The notes beneath the pieces were generated by a model. It did no database searches and was not told the origin of the DNA. It saw nothing but the letters and a program-made list of their open reading frames with translations. A DNA stretch of 64,000 nt from an uncultured Flavobacteriaceae bacterium (GTDB lineage: Bacteria > Bacteroidota > Bacteroidia > Flavobacteriales > Flavobacteriaceae). Positions 1-10,123 of the stretch are shown piece by piece (position 1 is the first letter of the stretch; every line of letters begins with the position of its first letter). The stretch spans positions 23,534-87,533 of the forward strand of contig CALJFB010000004.1 of NCBI GenBank assembly GCA_938073895.1, given 5' to 3'. Position numbers and translations under genes: made by a program.

Positions 1-63
1 AGGTGCCATTTTTGTTCCTTTATACTTTTCTTTTAAATTATGTAAATTACTTTTCAACCCCAT
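1..63 (-). CDS. nqrB: Na+-translocating NADH:quinone reductase subunit B, N-terminal fragment (runs off window)
   Basis: ATG at 63 just after the nqrA stop; reads MGLKSNLHNLKEKYKGTKMAP, like flavobacterial NqrB N-termini; expected position after nqrA. Confidence 0.8.
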   Translation of the reverse strand, partial: MGLKSNLHNLKEKYKGTKMAP

Positions 64-65
64 AA

Positions 66-1421
66 CTATCCTATTTCTTTATACATTAAGTCTAAACCTT
101 CACGAATAATTTGTTGATGTGGTTGTTTAGACACACAAACAAATTCTGTAAGGGCAAAATCTTCTGGAGCAACTTCGTACATACCTAAAGCCTCCATTTC
201 ATCTAAATCTTGATATTTACAAGCTTTTAAAATTTGTAATGGAAAAATATCTAATGGAAAAACTTTTTCGTAGTTACCTGTAGTAACAAAAGCTCTGTGT
301 TCTCCGTTAGTATTTGTATTTAAGTCGTACTTTTTATTTGGTGTTAACCAAGAAAAAGTTAAAGCTCTAGATGTTGATACTTTATTAAAAACCGGCTTAT
401 TCCATCCAAAAAACTCGTAATCGTCTCCTTCTGGAATTACAGAAATTATATTACTATAATAATCTAAACTTCCATCTGGTTTAATTTGTTTTCCAGATAA
501 TACATTACCAGAAATAATACGGTCATTACCATCTTGTTCTACGCCATTATCGTAAACCATTGTAGACACTTCTGCACCTATTTTAGTTTTAAAATAACGC
601 GGCTTTTTTACTGAAGAACCTACAAAAGCAATAATACGTTCTGCATTAAACTTTCCTGTTAGTAACAACTCTCCAATTATAACTAAGTCTTGAGCACTTA
701 AAGTCCAAACAACTTCGCCTTTATTAATTGGGTCTAATTTATTTATTTGAGTTCCTACGTTTCCAGATGGATGTGGTCCTGTTACTTTATGTAACTTAAC
801 ATTATCTAAGCTTTCTAAAGGAGATTTACCTTTTTTAGCAACGCTAACGTGAACTTTTCCTGCTGTTAATTTAGACAATGCTGTAACTGCAGCTTGAATT
901 TCAGCTTGTTTACCTTCTAGCGTATAATTTAAATCTGCTGCCAATGGCGCACTTGCATAAGCTGAGATAAAAATTGACTTTGGTTCTAACTCAGGATTTG
1001 CAATAACATCGTAAGGACGTTGTTTTACAAATGCCCAACATCCAGATTCTAATAAACGTGCTTTAATGTCTTCCGGTTTAGCCGAATCTACATTTAAAGT
1101 ACCAAAATCGTGAAAATCTTGAGTTTTATCTGCTTGAACTTTTACGGCTAAAACTTTACGCTTTTCGCCACGCTCAATTTCTACCACTTCACCAGAAACT
1201 GGCGATACAAACTTAACAGCTTCGTTAGCTTTATTGTAAAACAAGGTTTCCCCAGCTTTAACCTTAGCACCAACTTTAACTGTTAATTTCGGAGTAACTA
1301 GATGAAAATCTTCAGGACGCACGGTATAGAAATTGCTTAAAACAGCACTCTCAGTAACCAACTCTGCTTGTCCCACAAGCTTTATATCTAGACCTTTTGA
1401 AATCTTAATGTCTTTTGACAT
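66..1421 (-). CDS. nqrA: Na+-translocating NADH:quinone reductase subunit A
   Basis: 451 aa; MSKDIKISKGLDIKLVG start, SPVSGEV..IERGEKR, GPHPSGNVG and C-terminal LTEFVCVSK..Q..IREGL motifs. Confidence 0.96.
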   Translation of the reverse strand: MSKDIKISKGLDIKLVGQAELVTESAVLSNFYTVRPEDFHLVTPKLTVKVGAKVKAGETLFYNKANEAVKFVSPVSGEVVEIERGEKRKVLAVKVQADKTQDFHDFGTLNVDSAKPEDIKARLLESGCWAFVKQRPYDVIANPELEPKSIFISAYASAPLAADLNYTLEGKQAEIQAAVTALSKLTAGKVHVSVAKKGKSPLESLDNVKLHKVTGPHPSGNVGTQINKLDPINKGEVVWTLSAQDLVIIGELLLTGKFNAERIIAFVGSSVKKPRYFKTKIGAEVSTMVYDNGVEQDGNDRIISGNVLSGKQIKPDGSLDYYSNIISVIPEGDDYEFFGWNKPVFNKVSTSRALTFSWLTPNKKYDLNTNTNGEHRAFVTTGNYEKVFPLDIFPLQILKACKYQDLDEMEALGMYEVAPEDFALTEFVCVSKQPHQQIIREGLDLMYKEIG

Positions 1422-1602
1422 ATTACAATCTATTTGTTAATAGTTATACTGAATTTGATTATAAAAATCGATGCGAATTTACGAATTAATCACTAAAAAA
1501 ATTAGCAATATATTGATTGAAAAAATTATTTATAACTATTCTAAATAACGAGCAACCATAAGGCATAGATTTTGCTTATCTTTACATATAAAAAGTATTA
1601 AA

Positions 1603-2856
1603 ATGAATACAATGATAAAACACGTATTTCTAGTATTAATTATCACACAATTTTCTTTTGCTCAAGTCGTAGAAGTTAACGAACCTGACTACATTAAAAC
1701 TATTACCTTTAAGGGAAATACGCCAGAAAGCCAATTACCTGTTATAAAATTAGGAGACTTTATTACAATGGAATTTGATGATTTAAATGGAGATGAAGCA
1801 GATTACTATTACAGAATTAAGCACTATAATTACGATTGGACAGAATCCGTTCTAATGAAAGTTGAATATCTTGATGGTTTCGATGATCAACGTATTAGAA
1901 CTTACGACAACTCTTTTAATACCTACCAACTTTACTCGCATTACGATCTTACCATTCCAAATGAATTTACAAAAGGACTAAAAAAGTCTGGAAATTATAT
2001 GGTCTTTATTTATAATGATTATGATGAAATTGTTTTTTCAAGAAAATTTATGATTCACGAAAATGGCGCTAATGTTGGCATAGATATTAAACGTTCTAGA
2101 GATGTTAATACTATAGAAACTAAACAAACAGTAGATATTATTATAGACCCAATAAACTTTAGATTAAATAATCCAAAAGAGACTATTAAAACACTAATTG
2201 TTCAAAATAATAATTTAACAACATCTATTGGCGGCATAAAACCGCAATACATTTTAGGAGACCAATTAACTTACAAATACACAAAAGAAACTGCCTTTGA
2301 TGGTGGAAATGAATTCCATTTTTTCGAGAATAAAGATTTGCGTGTGGCTAATTACGGCATACAGCGCATAGAACTTAACGATTTATACGAAAATATTTTA
2401 TGGACCAACTTACCACGATTTAATTTACCATACACTTACAACCCAGATATTAATGGAAATTTTCTAGTTACTGTTCTAGATAGAGAAGATCCAGACACAG
2501 AAGCAGATTATGCTTTTATCCATTTCTCTCTTAAAATGGACGAGTTAAAACCAAACGAATCAATCCACGTTTATGGAAATTTTAATAATTACCATATTAC
2601 AGAAAACACAAAAATGGTTTATAATTATGAGAATAGAATTTACCAAAAACCACTTTTATTAAAACAAGGGTTTTACAATTATAAATATGTTATTGTTAAT
2701 AACGATACCAAAGAAATTAACCACAATAAAATAGATGGAAATTTTTGGCAAACAGAAAACAGCTACAAAGTCTTAGTGTATTACAGAGATTTAGGAGCTA
2801 GATATGATAGATTAATTGGATTTGGAGAAAATAGCTCTACAAGAATTACAAATTAA
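1603..2856 (+). CDS. DUF5103 family protein (type IX secretion system plug protein-like)
   Basis: 417 aa with signal peptide; FDDLNGDEADYYY, YDNSFNT, GGNEF..FENKD, DGNFWQTEN.Y.VLVYYR..G.RYDRLIG motifs. Confidence 0.8.
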   Translation: MNTMIKHVFLVLIITQFSFAQVVEVNEPDYIKTITFKGNTPESQLPVIKLGDFITMEFDDLNGDEADYYYRIKHYNYDWTESVLMKVEYLDGFDDQRIRTYDNSFNTYQLYSHYDLTIPNEFTKGLKKSGNYMVFIYNDYDEIVFSRKFMIHENGANVGIDIKRSRDVNTIETKQTVDIIIDPINFRLNNPKETIKTLIVQNNNLTTSIGGIKPQYILGDQLTYKYTKETAFDGGNEFHFFENKDLRVANYGIQRIELNDLYENILWTNLPRFNLPYTYNPDINGNFLVTVLDREDPDTEADYAFIHFSLKMDELKPNESIHVYGNFNNYHITENTKMVYNYENRIYQKPLLLKQGFYNYKYVIVNNDTKEINHNKIDGNFWQTENSYKVLVYYRDLGARYDRLIGFGENSSTRITN

Positions 2857-3039
2857 ACAGACTAAAATCATAACAAAAGAACACAAAAATTACCAATAAT
2901 TAAAAAACTAACCAAAACAACCCTAATAGGAAACAAACACCAACTTAATATTAAGAATAAATGATTTACTTAAGCTAAACTATTAATGTAAAAATAATTA
3001 ACTTAGCATAACAACTAGCCCAATTTAAATACTTTAAAA

Positions 3040-3426
3040 ATGGTAGAACACATTACTTCGGGAATTAAAATTCAGGTAAAAACAAATTTTGAAGACAGTT
3101 TTTATAAAGACTACAAAATGCTTTTTGCTTTTGGCTATAAAATCACCATAAAAAATCAAAGCCAAGATCCAGTGCAACTTAATGCTAGATACTGGATTAT
3201 TAAAGATGCTTTAAATAGAACAGAAACTGTTTATGGTGAAGGTGTTGTTGGTGAAAAACCATTATTATTACCAGGAGAATCTCACACATATAATTCCGGA
3301 TGCTTACTAACATCTCCAATTGGGGCAATGAAAGGATTTTATCAAATGATTAACTTTACTACTAACAAAACTTTTAAAGTTGAAATTCCAAATTTTAAAC
3401 TTAATGCGCCACATGCTTTAAACTAA
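3040..3426 (+). CDS. apaG: ApaG domain protein
   Basis: 128 aa; FAFGYKITIKN, VQL..RYWII, V.GEGVVGEKP.L.PGESHTYNSGC, G.MKGFY. Confidence 0.93.
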   Translation: MVEHITSGIKIQVKTNFEDSFYKDYKMLFAFGYKITIKNQSQDPVQLNARYWIIKDALNRTETVYGEGVVGEKPLLLPGESHTYNSGCLLTSPIGAMKGFYQMINFTTNKTFKVEIPNFKLNAPHALN

Positions 3427-4413
3427 ACTTACAAATTTAAAACACCTATTATTTTGATGAATTAGCAAACCACTACAATTGCTATGGTAATTAAATTTAT
3501 ACGTTTTATTAATATCGAAAGACGCATTATCTACTTTAAAAACAGCCAAAACATCTACTGTACCAAAACCAGATGTTCGTTTAAAAATAAATTCATCTTT
3601 AATTTCAGTTTCAAAAAGCTCAAACCATGCACCTGAACCAATTCCGGATAACCATTGTGCTTTTTTAGATAAACCATTTACAATTTTTGGTTCTAAATTT
3701 CCTTGAAAATTACTTTTGTAGGATTTTATAGGATCAAAAAAACAACTAATAATCTCCTTACTTTTCTTATTTTTAAATATTGAAATATCTCCAGAATTAC
3801 TAACTTCAAAAACCTTTGTAGCACTACTTACTGCCAATACATTTCCAATAGGACTTGGGGTAAAAAGCTTTGTTTTATTTAATTTTTTAATTAATATATT
3901 ATTTTGCAGAGAAGCTAAAAGGACATCGGTTACAAATCTGGCACAATTAGTAGCGTTCTTTTTAAAAGCAGAATAAGGCACTAAATAATTGGCTTGAATA
4001 TTAGCTATAAACTCCTTTGCTTTAATGTAATTAACCTCGGAACAAACTGTGGTAATTAATCGTCCTTGACCATGAGTTAGCTTAGATTTTGTGGCAAAAA
4101 AGATTAAAATTGCTTCTAAATTTACAATAGCATCATTTTTAATTTCGGCTTTAAAATTTATAGTTAATTCGTTATCTGTAATTGCAGACCTAACTCGTCC
4201 ATAAGGTTCTGGCGTAATATAGCGACCAAAATCAAAATACTCTATTAATCCTGTTTCCTTCTCGATTAATATAAATGCAGCATGACCTGCTTTAAGGTAA
4301 TCTTTTTTTCCTACACCTAAATAGTGAATATGTTTTATATACCATTCGTTAGAAACTCTAACTATGGTGTCTGGAAATGCAAATGGTATTATAAATGCGG
4401 TATTATTAACCAT
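3418..4413 (-). CDS. Conserved Bacteroidota hypothetical protein (DUF6695-like), possible permuted papain-like hydrolase
   Basis: 331 aa; AFPDT, GHAA, YFDFGRYITP..GRVR, NCARFV and GIGSGAWF motifs; family label from memory. Confidence 0.6.
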   Translation of the reverse strand: MVNNTAFIIPFAFPDTIVRVSNEWYIKHIHYLGVGKKDYLKAGHAAFILIEKETGLIEYFDFGRYITPEPYGRVRSAITDNELTINFKAEIKNDAIVNLEAILIFFATKSKLTHGQGRLITTVCSEVNYIKAKEFIANIQANYLVPYSAFKKNATNCARFVTDVLLASLQNNILIKKLNKTKLFTPSPIGNVLAVSSATKVFEVSNSGDISIFKNKKSKEIISCFFDPIKSYKSNFQGNLEPKIVNGLSKKAQWLSGIGSGAWFELFETEIKDEFIFKRTSGFGTVDVLAVFKVDNASFDINKTYKFNYHSNCSGLLIHQNNRCFKFVSLV

Positions 4414-5128
4414 TTACAACAGCACTTAATTGCATTTTTTTTGTTACCACTTTTTTAGTCTTAAAATCTTCAAATCGCATACTTAATGTATTGCCATTTT
4501 TTTCAATTTGAGTAATACTTGTCGTTTTTACAGATGTTCTATCCATAACAACACCATAATCCAAATTATCTTTTCCTGCTGTTTTATGAAACTCCAAAAA
4601 AGCAGATGCATTAAGATTATTATTACCTATAAAATTAGTAAACCAATTTTGTCTTTCTATTTTCTGACTTGGATTATATAAAGTTGCCGATGACCAAACA
4701 CATGTAGATAAATCTAGGTCTTTAATATGAGACGTTTGGCCATCCCAAACTACTTCAATAAATTTTAATGATAAATTCCAATCTACAAATACAATTGTAA
4801 ATGGTTCAATATTAGAAAAATTATAGTCTTTTAAATCCTCTAAAGTTTTCATTTTAAGAAAATCGCTAACCACAACACCTCTACTCTGCCTGTAAGGCAA
4901 AACACGTTTATGTTTAACAAAACCACCATTAAGCAAACAAACTACACGGTTTTTAGAACTCGCACCAATCCAGCTTCCGCCAGACAATTTATCTTTTGGC
5001 ATTAAAACCTTAGTTAAATTATCTTGATAAATTTCGGGATGTAAAGCAATTCTATTTGGTGCTTCATCTCTATTAGATGTTAACACGAAATCTGAATTAC
5101 CTTTATAAAATACGCTAACTGTACACAT
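4406..5128 (-). CDS. NRDE family protein (Ntn-hydrolase-like)
   Basis: 240 aa; N-terminal MCTVS, SNRDE, GGSWIG, LLNG, SRG motifs. Confidence 0.92.
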   Translation of the reverse strand: MCTVSVFYKGNSDFVLTSNRDEAPNRIALHPEIYQDNLTKVLMPKDKLSGGSWIGASSKNRVVCLLNGGFVKHKRVLPYRQSRGVVVSDFLKMKTLEDLKDYNFSNIEPFTIVFVDWNLSLKFIEVVWDGQTSHIKDLDLSTCVWSSATLYNPSQKIERQNWFTNFIGNNNLNASAFLEFHKTAGKDNLDYGVVMDRTSVKTTSITQIEKNGNTLSMRFEDFKTKKVVTKKMQLSAVVNG

Positions 5129-5161
5129 TGATAAGAGCTTGATTTAGATTTTAGCAACTTA

Positions 5162-5169
5162 CAAAAATA
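5162..5169 (-). promoter_or_regulatory. Bacteroidota -7 promoter box for the NRDE operon
   Basis: TATTTTTG on the minus strand, 34 nt upstream of the NRDE start; matches TAnnTTTG. Confidence 0.55.
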
Positions 5170-5229
5170 TTATAAAATTAAGAAATGAATAGCTATCCGA
5201 TTCAGAATAAGAAATCGCAAAAAAATTGG

Positions 5230-5237
5230 TAACTTTG
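5230..5237 (+). promoter_or_regulatory. Bacteroidota -7 promoter box for pruA
   Basis: TAACTTTG followed by CACC, 35 nt upstream of ATG. Confidence 0.7.
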
Positions 5238-5272
5238 CACCATCAATTTAAATCTTAAAAATACAACATATT

Positions 5273-6898
5273 ATGGGAAAAGGATTTTTTAATGTACCAG
5301 TTGCAGTAAACGAACCAGTTAAAAGTTATGCTCCAGGAACACCTGAGCGCGAAGCTGTTTTAGCACAGTACGATACTTACTACAATGGCAATACAGAAGT
5401 TGCTATGTATATTAACGGTAAAGATGTAAAAACGGGTAATACTCGCACAATGTCTCCACCTCACGATCACAAACATGTTGTTGGAACATATCATTTAGCA
5501 GAAAAATCTAATGTAGTTAACGCTATTGACACTGCTTTAGAAGCTCGTAAAGCTTGGAGCCAAATGCCTTGGGAACATCGCGCTGGAATTTTCTTAAAAG
5601 CTGCTGAATTAATTGCTGGACCATACCGCGCAAAAATTAATGCATCTACAATGATTGCTCAATCTAAAACAGTACACCAAGCTGAGATTGACGCATCTTG
5701 TGAATTAATTGACTTTTTACGTTTTAACGTGCAGTTTATGACAGACATGTATCATGAACAACCAGAAAGTACAAGCGATGCTTGGAATAAATTAGAATAC
5801 AGACCTTTAGAAGGTTTTGTATATGCTGTAACACCATTTAACTTTACAGCAATTGCTGCAAACTTACCTGCATGTATGGCTTTAATGGGTAACGTTGTTG
5901 TTTGGAAACCATCTGACAGTCAAATATTTTCGGCTAAAGTAATTATGGATGTTTTTGAAGAAGCTGGAGTTCCTGCAGGTGTTATTAATGTTGTTTTTGG
6001 AGATCCAAAAATGATTACTGATACTGTTTTAGCACGCAAAGAATTTGCTGGATTACACTTTACAGGTTCTACTTATGTATTTAAAGAATTATGGAAACAA
6101 ATAGGTAACAGCATTCACACTTACAGTACATATCCAAAAATTGTTGGAGAAACTGGAGGAAAAGATTTTATTGTTGCCCATGAATCTGCAAATGCTAAAC
6201 AAGTTGCTACAGCAATTGTTAGAGGTGCCTTTGAATTTCAAGGTCAAAAATGTAGTGCTGCTTCTAGAGCGTACATTTCTAAAAGCATTTGGAATGATGT
6301 AAAGAAATATGTTATTGAAGATGTTAAATCTATAACAATGGGATCTCCTGCAGATACTAATAACTTTATGACTGCTGTTATTCACGAAGGTTCTTTTGAT
6401 AAATTAGCAAAATACATTGATGAAGCTAAAGCAGACAAAAGTGTTGAAGTAATTACTGGTGGAAACTACGACAAATCTAAAGGTTACTTTATTGAACCTA
6501 CAGTTTTATTAGCAGAAAGTGCAGATTACGTAACTATGTCCGAAGAATTATTTGGACCAGTTATTACAATATTTGTTTTTGATGATGATAAATATTCTGA
6601 AACTTTAAAAATAGTAGACGCAACTAGCGATTACGCATTAACTGGAGCTATTATAGCAAAAGATAGATACGCAGTAGACGAAGCTGTTAAAGCCTTAGAA
6701 AACTGTGCAGGTAACTTCTATATTAACGATAAACCAACTGGAGCTGTTGTAGGACAACAACCATTTGGTGGAGCTAGAGGTTCTGGAACTAATGATAAAG
6801 CAGGTTCTATTTTAAACTTACAACGATGGGTTTCTCCTAGAATGATAAAAGAAACTTTTGTAACACCAACAGATTATAAATATGCCTTTTTAGGATAA
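5273..6898 (+). CDS. pruA: L-glutamate gamma-semialdehyde (P5C) dehydrogenase
   Basis: 541 aa ALDH; TPFNF, WKPS, FTGST, ETGGK, FEFQGQKCSA, EELFGP, QQPFGGARGSGTNDKAGS. Confidence 0.95.
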   Translation: MGKGFFNVPVAVNEPVKSYAPGTPEREAVLAQYDTYYNGNTEVAMYINGKDVKTGNTRTMSPPHDHKHVVGTYHLAEKSNVVNAIDTALEARKAWSQMPWEHRAGIFLKAAELIAGPYRAKINASTMIAQSKTVHQAEIDASCELIDFLRFNVQFMTDMYHEQPESTSDAWNKLEYRPLEGFVYAVTPFNFTAIAANLPACMALMGNVVVWKPSDSQIFSAKVIMDVFEEAGVPAGVINVVFGDPKMITDTVLARKEFAGLHFTGSTYVFKELWKQIGNSIHTYSTYPKIVGETGGKDFIVAHESANAKQVATAIVRGAFEFQGQKCSAASRAYISKSIWNDVKKYVIEDVKSITMGSPADTNNFMTAVIHEGSFDKLAKYIDEAKADKSVEVITGGNYDKSKGYFIEPTVLLAESADYVTMSEELFGPVITIFVFDDDKYSETLKIVDATSDYALTGAIIAKDRYAVDEAVKALENCAGNFYINDKPTGAVVGQQPFGGARGSGTNDKAGSILNLQRWVSPRMIKETFVTPTDYKYAFLG

Positions 6899-6922
6899 AC
6901 TAAAAACATACTTATTACCAAT

Positions 6923-6955
6923 AAAACCCAAAACAAAACGTTTTGGGTTTTTTTT
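6923..6955 (+). terminator. Intrinsic terminator after pruA
   Basis: AAAACCCAAAAC-5nt-GTTTTGGGTTTT plus T tract. Confidence 0.85.
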
Positions 6956-6994
6956 ATTTTAAATTTATTACTTTAGGAGTAAATACTAAGTAAT

Positions 6995-9340
6995 ATGAAA
7001 TACAAACTACTTTTTTTTACATTATTAGCAACAATACTTTTAAAAGCACAAAACAGCACTAATTCCATAGAACTAGAAAAACCATTTGTAGCTTTTAGTC
7101 CTTTTGGTGCTCCAGATACTTATCAAGACAAAATAAACAATGCCTTTAATTTTTTACAAGTTAAGAAACTCCTATCTAAACACTCTAAATTAAATAAAGC
7201 TAAATTATTTAACGTAAAAACCACAGAAATAAGTAAAAGAGTAAATCTTGGTCTAATCTTATCTGAATACGAGACATTAACCAAAAATTATTTTAACGAT
7301 ACTATTTCTAACACAGAAAGACAATCCATTGAAAACTTAAAATTAGATGCTAGTATAAAGACATCATCATCTATAGGAATACTAAGTCCACTTGCCATTA
7401 ATCATAAAGGATTAAGCATTGAATTTATCTTAAAAAATGAAAACATACTAAACACAACAGAAAAGGAAATCGAATTTATAGAAATAGATTTTAATGATGG
7501 TTTAGGCTATAAAATCATTCAGAAAAACGTACCAATACATTTAAATTACACTACTAAAGGTGAGAAAAAACTGAAAACAAAAATTACACTAAATAATGGA
7601 GAAAACTATTACTCAGAATCTAAATTAAACATCCTATTATCTCCTACAGATTTAAACAGAATTTACAATTTAGCGGTAACAACGTTTCAGTCTACTAACG
7701 TAGCTAACCCAGCAGATATTACTATCTATAATGAGGAAACAACTAATAATATTGGTACTGGAGAATATGACATTTATTTAAGTGCAGATGGCGTTTTAGA
7801 TAAACCTATTTTTTTAGTAGATGGCTTTGATCCTGGCGATTCTAGAAATACACAGAGCATCTATGAACTTCTAAATTTTGATGACAATGGCACCTTATCT
7901 AACTTAGGCGATTTAGTTAGAGCTGAAGGTTTTGATGTGGTTGTTTTAAATTTTCCAATTTACACAAGACAATCAGACGCAATGATTATTGATGGTGGCG
8001 TAGATTATATAGAACGAAATGCAATGCTACTTGTAGAACTAATTACTAAAATAAATAACGACAAAATTGGCACAGAACCAAATGTAGTAATTGGACCAAG
8101 TATGGGCGGACTTATTACTAGATATGGTTTAAATTTTATGGAAAATGAAGGTTTAAATCACGACACAAGATTATGGATAAGCTTTGATTCGCCTCAATTA
8201 GGTGCAAATGTACCAATAGGTTTTCAGTATTTATTTAATAGAATGGCTTATGGACTAGACTTAGGTAGTATTGCTGGAGACCAAAGCATTGTAGCTATAA
8301 GACCAATAATAGATGGAATGCTAAAATCAAGTGCAGCAAGACAAATGCTAACAGATCAATTTGAACCGCATCTTCAAAATGGTAGTATTGTAGACTTTAA
8401 TCCTAGTTTAACATTGCCAATAGCACATAACTTTCACCATCTATTTTTTAACAATCTAAACAACTTAACAACTTCTGGTTATCCAGAAAATCTTAGAAAA
8501 GTATCAATGATTAATGGTAGTGGACTAAACAATCGTTATAATGATAAAAACAATAATCCTATTTATCCAAACAGAGAAATACTTAACACAACTATAGAAG
8601 ATGTTGCTGTTCTTACTGATGCAACATTTAGAACTCGATTTTCTCCATATTTTAATGGTGTTGCTGAATCTGCTTATATTTTTATTGACGCACCATTTTT
8701 ATGTTTTTGCGATTTAGAAGTTAGTGCTAGCACAAAAGCTTTTAACTATACAGATGGTATAGATGCAGCTTCTGGTGGATTATTTGACTTAGGCGCACTA
8801 GCTGGCAGCTTAGGAACAGATCCTACAATAAATGCTTTTTTTGATGCTTTACAAACAGACTTTTTTAACTTTATTCCTTCTGTTAGTGGTATGGCTTTTG
8901 AAGTTACAAATAATGAAATAGACTGGTACCATACACCAGATAATGTTACTTCAAAAACTATAAACGCTGTTAATAGTGTTACTCCATTTGATAACTGGTA
9001 TATGCCAGATGAAAACCAACCTCATATTACTTTAACTCCAGAAAATGTAGCTTTTGCATTATCTGAAATTATACCAACTAGCTTAAATGTAAACACTAAC
9101 CATTTTAATGCTATTGATTTAATTAAAAACCCAACCAGTAATCTCATTGCAATAAAATCAACAAAAACATACAATAATGTTAATCTAAAAATTATAGACC
9201 TTAGCGGAAGACTAGTTTATAACACAAAAATAAATCTTACCTCTATAACAAAAATACCTATATTACTCTCTAGAGGAAATTATATACTATCTTTAGAGAA
9301 AGAGGAACTAAGTAAACGACTTAGATTAGTTATAGAATAA
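6995..9340 (+). CDS. T9SS type-A sorting domain protein with alpha/beta-hydrolase (lipase/esterase-like) domain
   Basis: 781 aa; signal peptide; KPIFLVDGFDPGD, GPSMGG nucleophile elbow, SFDSPQLGANVP; C-terminal KNPT...DLSGRLV...RGNYIL CTD. Confidence 0.8.
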   Translation: MKYKLLFFTLLATILLKAQNSTNSIELEKPFVAFSPFGAPDTYQDKINNAFNFLQVKKLLSKHSKLNKAKLFNVKTTEISKRVNLGLILSEYETLTKNYFNDTISNTERQSIENLKLDASIKTSSSIGILSPLAINHKGLSIEFILKNENILNTTEKEIEFIEIDFNDGLGYKIIQKNVPIHLNYTTKGEKKLKTKITLNNGENYYSESKLNILLSPTDLNRIYNLAVTTFQSTNVANPADITIYNEETTNNIGTGEYDIYLSADGVLDKPIFLVDGFDPGDSRNTQSIYELLNFDDNGTLSNLGDLVRAEGFDVVVLNFPIYTRQSDAMIIDGGVDYIERNAMLLVELITKINNDKIGTEPNVVIGPSMGGLITRYGLNFMENEGLNHDTRLWISFDSPQLGANVPIGFQYLFNRMAYGLDLGSIAGDQSIVAIRPIIDGMLKSSAARQMLTDQFEPHLQNGSIVDFNPSLTLPIAHNFHHLFFNNLNNLTTSGYPENLRKVSMINGSGLNNRYNDKNNNPIYPNREILNTTIEDVAVLTDATFRTRFSPYFNGVAESAYIFIDAPFLCFCDLEVSASTKAFNYTDGIDAASGGLFDLGALAGSLGTDPTINAFFDALQTDFFNFIPSVSGMAFEVTNNEIDWYHTPDNVTSKTINAVNSVTPFDNWYMPDENQPHITLTPENVAFALSEIIPTSLNVNTNHFNAIDLIKNPTSNLIAIKSTKTYNNVNLKIIDLSGRLVYNTKINLTSITKIPILLSRGNYILSLEKEELSKRLRLVIE

Positions 9341-9346
9341 TTTCAT

Positions 9347-9378
9347 AAAAAAAGCCTTGCAATAGCAAGGCTTTTTTT
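9347..9378. terminator. Bidirectional intrinsic terminator between convergent genes
   Basis: AAAAAAAGCCTTGC-AATA-GCAAGGCTTTTTTT perfect 14-bp stem. Confidence 0.9.
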
Positions 9379-9394
9379 ATGAATTATTGAAGGC

Positions 9395-10123
9395 TTATAA
9401 TTTAGCTGTCTTCTTAATAATTTTTGGTAATTTTTTATTTAAATCTTTTAACAAACGCTCTAAAGCACTTTCGCACATTGGTAAGATCTTTTTTGTACTC
9501 ATAACTGGAATACCACCAACCATTACCGATGTTTTTTTAGAATTAGCACCTTCTTTAATTACATATACTTTTTCTCCATTAGAATCGTAAAGACCCATTC
9601 TTACATTTGCTCTCATTTTAACAGTTGCAGTTCCTCCAATTCCAAATCCTTTTATTAAATCGAAAGAGATAGTAATAAACATTACACCATCTGCAGTTTC
9701 TTTAAAGATATTTGCTACAGAAACCTCATTAGTTTTTCCCATGAAACCTTCGTGTATTACTTTATAACCTTTATAAACCGCAAATCTTTTTAACTCTTCT
9801 TCTGATTTATCAAACTTTGGCACGTAAGCTTTATAAGCTTCATTACTTAAAACGTCTTCTTCATTTATTATTTTAAATGGAAACTCCTTGGAAAATTTGT
9901 TAAAGAACTCTGCATGAAACTTTTCTAAAATTGGAGTTAGATCAAAATCTGGGTTATCTCTTAACTTTAAAACAGATTCCAACATCTTTTCACTTCCAAT
10001 ATCTAAATCACTAAAACCAATAATTTTATCGGTATTAAAAGTAACAATAGCTACATTTTTATCTTGAGCATTAGCAAATCCAAACACTAAAATTAAACCT
10101 AGAATTAAACTTATTTTTTTCAT
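9395..10123 (-). CDS. Hypothetical exported protein
   Basis: 242 aa; Sec signal peptide MKKISLILGLILVFGFANAQ; no family recognised. Confidence 0.75.
   Translation of the reverse strand: MKKISLILGLILVFGFANAQDKNVAIVTFNTDKIIGFSDLDIGSEKMLESVLKLRDNPDFDLTPILEKFHAEFFNKFSKEFPFKIINEEDVLSNEAYKAYVPKFDKSEEELKRFAVYKGYKVIHEGFMGKTNEVSVANIFKETADGVMFITISFDLIKGFGIGGTATVKMRANVRMGLYDSNGEKVYVIKEGANSKKTSVMVGGIPVMSTKKILPMCESALERLLKDLNKKLPKIIKKTAKL

Noticed and set aside
2857-3039. A/C-rich, G-poor spacer upstream of apaG
   Set aside because: No ORF, repeat unit or stable structure found; treated as ordinary low-complexity intergenic DNA.
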